DNA from: an uncultured Bacteroidota bacterium
Lineage (GTDB): Bacteria; Bacteroidota; Ignavibacteria; Ignavibacteriales; Ignavibacteriaceae
Reading direction: 5' to 3'
Assembly: GCA_963764235.1 (NCBI GenBank)
Contig: CAVXRO010000006.1
Span: 702,884-766,883 of the forward strand
DNA: 64,000 nt
The translations under genes were made by a program, and so were the position numbers. The notes below the pieces were generated by a model. It had not been told where the DNA came from and did not search any database. It saw only the letters and a list, made by a program, of their open reading frames with translations. Shown here in pieces: positions 60,436 to 64,000 of this stretch. Within the stretch, counting starts at the first letter, position 1, and each line of letters starts with the position of its first letter.

Positions 60436-60450
60436 GCATTTATTATACCA
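60436..60450 (-). promoter_or_regulatory. Candidate sigma54 -24/-12 promoter for the respiratory operon. The same bases also contain a TATAAT.
   Basis: The minus strand reads TGGTATaataaATGC (GG-N10-GC spacing) 35-50 nt upstream of the ATG at 60401. Confidence 0.35.
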
Positions 60451-60572
60451 GAGCAGATCAGTTCTTAAAAAGTGTAATTCTAAGGATAAATCGCAGGATA
60501 TGGTTAAAATGTAAGAAGAAGAATAGAAGTGAAGGGCTTAAAAGTGTATCCCTGATGTCCCACTAATTTCTT

Positions 60573-60604
60573 AATTGTTAATTAATAATTGTCAATTGTT
60601 AATT
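60573..60604. repeat. Two copies of AATTGTTAATT spaced 21 bp apart (possible activator/IHF site)
   Basis: Copies at 60573..60583 and 60594..60604, inside an AT-rich stretch between the activator gene stop and the operon promoter. Confidence 0.5.
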
Positions 60605-60612
60605 GATACCTA

Positions 60613-62001
60613 TCACTTCCTGTACTGCGGAGGATCAAGATCATATTTTTTCAGGATGCGGTGTATATGCCTGCGGGTCATACCTGCTTCTTCGGATATA
60701 CGTGTTATATTGCCCTTGTGTTTTGTGAGGAGGAAAAGAAAATATTTCTTTTCAACTTCTTCGACAGCCTTATTTCTAACATCAGAGAGGGAGCTTTTAG
60801 GAAACCCGGCCGCTGCTTTCCTGCCGGATGCAAACTGGGGAGGCAGTTCATTTAAGGTTATCTTTTCTCCTTTTACCAGTGCCACTGCACGTTCCACAAC
60901 ATTCTCCATTTCCCTTACGTTACCCGGCCAGTCGTATGCTTCGAATAATTCGAGCACTGCCTCATCAAAACCTTTTATATTCTTTGGCGATGACTTAACT
61001 GTTTTCACAAGAAAATGTTCTGCAAGCAGCCTAATATCACCCTTTCTTTCTTTCAGTGAAGGAACCTGGATGTTGATAACATTAAGCCTGTAATAGAAAT
61101 CTTTCCGCATCGTTTCTTTTTCGAGGGCTTTATTTATATCCTGGTTCGTTGCGGAAATCAGTCGCAGATCAGCCTGAATAAGTTCATTTCCGCCGAGTCT
61201 TCTCAGCTGCTGATCCTGCAGTGTTCTCAGAAGCTTAATCTGAAGATTTACGGGCAATTCGCATACCTCATCAAGAAAGAAAGAACCGCCGTTAGCGTAT
61301 TCAAGCAGACCGATTTTTCTATGGGATGCCCCGGTAAAAGCTCCTTTTTCATAACCGAATAACTCGGCTTCAAAAAGATTTTCAGGAAATGCTCCGCAGT
61401 TTACTGGAACAAATGGTTTAAGCTTTCTGGCACTGTGTGCATGAATACTGCGTGCAATAAGCTCTTTCCCGGTACCGCTTTCTCCTGTAATCAGTACATT
61501 GGCATCAGATTCAGCAACGCTTTCAATCATCTCAAATACTTTCCTGATGGGATCACTCTTGCCGACTATATTATCAAACCTGTACTTATCTTCCAGCTGT
61601 TTAAGCAGACTGACTCTTTCTTTGTATAAATTTCTCTGTCTCAGCCCTTTTTCAACCAGAATTTTCAGGTTCTCTGTTTCAAAAGGTTTTTCGATAAAAT
61701 CAAACGCTCCTGCCTTCATCGCCGATACTGCTCTGTCAATCGTTCCGTAAGCTGAAAATATAATGACAGGTGTATTCGGGGCTACTTTCTGAACAGCATC
61801 AAGCACCTGCATCCCGTCAAAATCAGGCATAAGCAGATCACAAAATACGAGATCAAATTCCTCATCCTGAAGCAGTCTGATCGCCTGGTTTCCGTCAGGG
61901 ACAGGAAATGGATTATTGCCCAGAGCAGAGAGTATTTTAGAACAGCCTCTCAGCATATCAGGCTCATCATCAATTATCAGGATTTTAGGTTTAGCAGTCA
62001 T
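60613..62001 (-). CDS. Sigma54-dependent response regulator (NtrC family: REC + AAA+ + Fis-type HTH)
   Basis: 462 aa. 'ILIIDDEPD...VFCDLLMPDFDG', 'GESGTGKELIARSIH', 'GAFTGA', 'ELFGYEKGAFTGA', C-terminal HTH 'NITRISEEAGMTRRHIHRILKKY'. Confidence 0.95.
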   Translation of the reverse strand: MTAKPKILIIDDEPDMLRGCSKILSALGNNPFPVPDGNQAIRLLQDEEFDLVFCDLLMPDFDGMQVLDAVQKVAPNTPVIIFSAYGTIDRAVSAMKAGAFDFIEKPFETENLKILVEKGLRQRNLYKERVSLLKQLEDKYRFDNIVGKSDPIRKVFEMIESVAESDANVLITGESGTGKELIARSIHAHSARKLKPFVPVNCGAFPENLFEAELFGYEKGAFTGASHRKIGLLEYANGGSFFLDEVCELPVNLQIKLLRTLQDQQLRRLGGNELIQADLRLISATNQDINKALEKETMRKDFYYRLNVINIQVPSLKERKGDIRLLAEHFLVKTVKSSPKNIKGFDEAVLELFEAYDWPGNVREMENVVERAVALVKGEKITLNELPPQFASGRKAAAGFPKSSLSDVRNKAVEEVEKKYFLFLLTKHKGNITRISEEAGMTRRHIHRILKKYDLDPPQYRK

Positions 62002-63761
62002 AGTTTAATCCCTTCACTTGTATAGGGCAGAGTAATAATAAATTTTGTATATCTGCCTTCTTCACTTTCTACTTCGAGCTTGCCCCGGTAGCGCTGAATG
62101 ATTGTGCGGGAAATAGACAATCCCAGTCCTGTTCCCTGTTTATCAAGCTTTGTCGAGAAGAAGGGATTGAAGATCTTGGTTATATTTTCTTTTTTAATTC
62201 CGGTACCATTATCTTCAATCGATATAAAAATCCCATTAACTTTTTTTAACCCGATCAGGTCCTTTTGCAGAGTATTTCTGCCGGTCGTAATCTTTATTTC
62301 CCCATAGTCCTGCAGAGCATCGATGGCATTATTTAATATGTTCATCATTACCTGTTCCATTTGCCTTTTATCTGCTAGGATGAGCGGGAGAGATGTGTCG
62401 TACGATTTTGATAACCGGATTTTCCTGGATTTAAGTCTGTGACCTATCAGGTAAACGCACTCATCAATTAAATCTTCAATACGGATAGCTTCCGGCTTAA
62501 AGGGCATTAGTCTTGAATAAGTGAGAAGAGTTCTGGTGTAATCGCTTATTCTGCGTGTTTGATTCCGTATAATATTTAATTCCTCTTTAAGACCATTGTC
62601 CGAATTATTCTCAAGCAGTATTGCATCGGCATGAGCCGCAATAATACCCGCCGGTGTGTTTATTTCGTGTGCCACGCTGTCTACCAGCTCTCCGATTGAG
62701 GCCAGCTTTGAGGCCTGGTTCAATTGTTCCCTGTATTGATGAATCTCTTCAAGGTTTCTGTTGGCTTCCTCCGCGCGAATTCTTCGCAGGTTAAGGAAAT
62801 ATATCAGGAAGCCGAGGATAAGGAAAACAGCGAGAATAATCAGACCCAGTATAAAGAAAAGCTGAAACCTGCTTCTCAGACTTGTGGTTACTTTTGGAAG
62901 CAGGGTGCTGATTGCAATTATCCAGGTCTGGTTCTGAAGCTTAACCGGGACATAAGCCATAATTTTATCCGGTTCGTTGCCCATGACATAATACTCATCA
63001 ATTGAGGGAAGACTGGCTTTTATCATCCTGTGCTGTGTATTGAAATTAACATGGCAGTTGCGGCATTCGCCTGTTGTTTTAAGGATCGATTTGAAGAGCA
63101 TCTCCTGGTGACGGGGGTGATAGATTAATCTCCCTTCTCCGTCGAGAACCCAGGCAAAATCATCACTGCTTAATTTCAGCGGATGGATAAACCTCTTTAT
63201 AAGTATATCAAAATCAACAAGATAACCTATAAAACGATTCGATCTGGAAGTTTTATCTCCGGGCAGCTTCACAATCATAAGGAAAGATTTGGGACTATTT
63301 TTGTCATTCTGCCGATCAGGCATTACATCTGAAAATATATATTCCGGAATTTGCTCATTAATTTCCAGCGTTAATCCAGGGATTGACATATAGGACCAGG
63401 AAGGCAGGCGGTTTCCGGTTGTAAACAGAATATTTCCGGTTGAGTCTGATAAAAAGATTGTCCTTATAATGGTGCTGTCGTAGTTCTCCTTAAAGAATCT
63501 GAGCGAGGCATACTCATTCCGGCTTGGAAGTTTAAGAACATCCGGATTATGAGTAAGCAGTTTCATATCCCTCACAAGATGTTCAATGAAGAAATTGATT
63601 CCCTGGGCGACTGATTTAGCCATTTCAAGCTGCTGAAGCTGGTGATTTCTTTTCGCATCCTCCAGCGTATTTGTATAGATTCTGTTTACCAGGAACAGGA
63701 ATAGGACAATAAGAAGGAATACTCCTGCAATTACTAAATATTTCCCTCCGCTTTTTTTCAT
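61998..63761 (-). CDS. Sensor histidine kinase with a large periplasmic domain carrying a CxxCH motif
   Basis: 587 aa. TM1 at aa ~8-27, TM2 at aa ~300-323. 'CRNCH' at aa 233-237 (nt 63051..63065). H-box 'VAHEINTPAG', N-box 'NILNNAIDAL', 'DNGTGI', 'GTGLGLS'. 4-nt overlap with the activator gene. Confidence 0.9.
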   Translation of the reverse strand: MKKSGGKYLVIAGVFLLIVLFLFLVNRIYTNTLEDAKRNHQLQQLEMAKSVAQGINFFIEHLVRDMKLLTHNPDVLKLPSRNEYASLRFFKENYDSTIIRTIFLSDSTGNILFTTGNRLPSWSYMSIPGLTLEINEQIPEYIFSDVMPDRQNDKNSPKSFLMIVKLPGDKTSRSNRFIGYLVDFDILIKRFIHPLKLSSDDFAWVLDGEGRLIYHPRHQEMLFKSILKTTGECRNCHVNFNTQHRMIKASLPSIDEYYVMGNEPDKIMAYVPVKLQNQTWIIAISTLLPKVTTSLRSRFQLFFILGLIILAVFLILGFLIYFLNLRRIRAEEANRNLEEIHQYREQLNQASKLASIGELVDSVAHEINTPAGIIAAHADAILLENNSDNGLKEELNIIRNQTRRISDYTRTLLTYSRLMPFKPEAIRIEDLIDECVYLIGHRLKSRKIRLSKSYDTSLPLILADKRQMEQVMMNILNNAIDALQDYGEIKITTGRNTLQKDLIGLKKVNGIFISIEDNGTGIKKENITKIFNPFFSTKLDKQGTGLGLSISRTIIQRYRGKLEVESEEGRYTKFIITLPYTSEGIKL

Positions 63762-64000
63762 TCTGCCGGAATCATATTCCCTGAAAAATTATTAAAATAT
63801 GCATATGCAAAGAATGTACTAACCGGAAAGAGCTGAAAAGAAGTAATCCGGGTCCTTTTTAAAACCTCTTGTTATATAGGGTAATCTCAAATGTCATACT
63901 GTGACATTTCCGGTCACATTGAACATTACGTTATTTTAATATCAAATACAATAGAATTTTTCACTGATAAGTGACAATCCTTAAAAATTTACAGTGAGCA

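Noticed and set aside
60424-60437. Plus-strand GGgcactgaaagGC as a sigma54 promoter
   Set aside because: It points toward the 3' end of the minus-strand activator gene. The only plus-strand ORF downstream (60575..61093) is an antisense shadow.
63900-63918. TGTGA...TCACA as a CRP-type site
   Set aside because: The half-sites are separated by 9 nt rather than the canonical 6, so I report it only as a generic dyad.

Overview
This 64-kb chromosomal window looks like it comes from a low-GC FCB-group bacterium (Ignavibacteria/Bacteroidota-like). That inference rests on several proteins ending in the '(Q)NYPNPFN...KM(I/V)L(L/M)K' type IX secretion (T9SS) sorting domain, plus a PorV/PorQ-like gene. 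I recognise about 55 protein-coding genes and no rRNA, tRNA, CRISPR array, transposase or integrase.

Gene content from left to right:
- A disrupted cNMP-binding/GAF/histidine-kinase gene.
- An ECF sigma / zinc anti-sigma / OsmC / rhodanese stress module.
- A few small uncharacterised genes.
- An outer-membrane locus: TonB-dependent receptor, a 1150-aa Ca-binding-repeat protein, a PorV-like porin and a CBM-like T9SS cargo.
- SGNH hydrolase, SurA-like PPIase and PPK2, the last coupled to two paralogous membrane-anchored dihaem cytochromes c.
- Trm112, an ICMT-like methyltransferase and an amidase.
- A TetR-TolC-MFP-RND efflux operon.
- A methionine-gamma-lyase-like gene flanked by odd GC-rich non-coding DNA.
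- A gingipain-like C25 peptidase, a second TonB receptor and a BNR-repeat protein.
- Methyltransferase, HD, EamA and MFS genes, then eno and glnA.
- A roughly 4-kb AT-rich island holding an FkbM methyltransferase, a small membrane protein, an XRE-ImmA/IrrE pair and orphan ORFs.
- A GH5 T9SS cargo.
- A respiratory operon (REC-like, Rieske, cytochrome b, 11-haem cytochrome c, DUF2339) sitting next to a sigma54 activator and a sensor kinase whose periplasmic domain carries a CxxCH motif.

Most worth a second look:
- The Rieske/cyt b/undecahaem operon with its putative haem-c sensor kinase.
- The TonB-receptor/giant-protein/PorV-like locus.
- The AT-rich island.
- The C-rich tandem-repeat tract upstream of the lyase gene.

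Four genes are interrupted by frame disruptions: one by a cluster of them, three by single 1-nt indels. I cannot tell real decay from assembly error using the sequence alone.

All calls come from reading the supplied ORF translations and my own hand translation. No database search was run.
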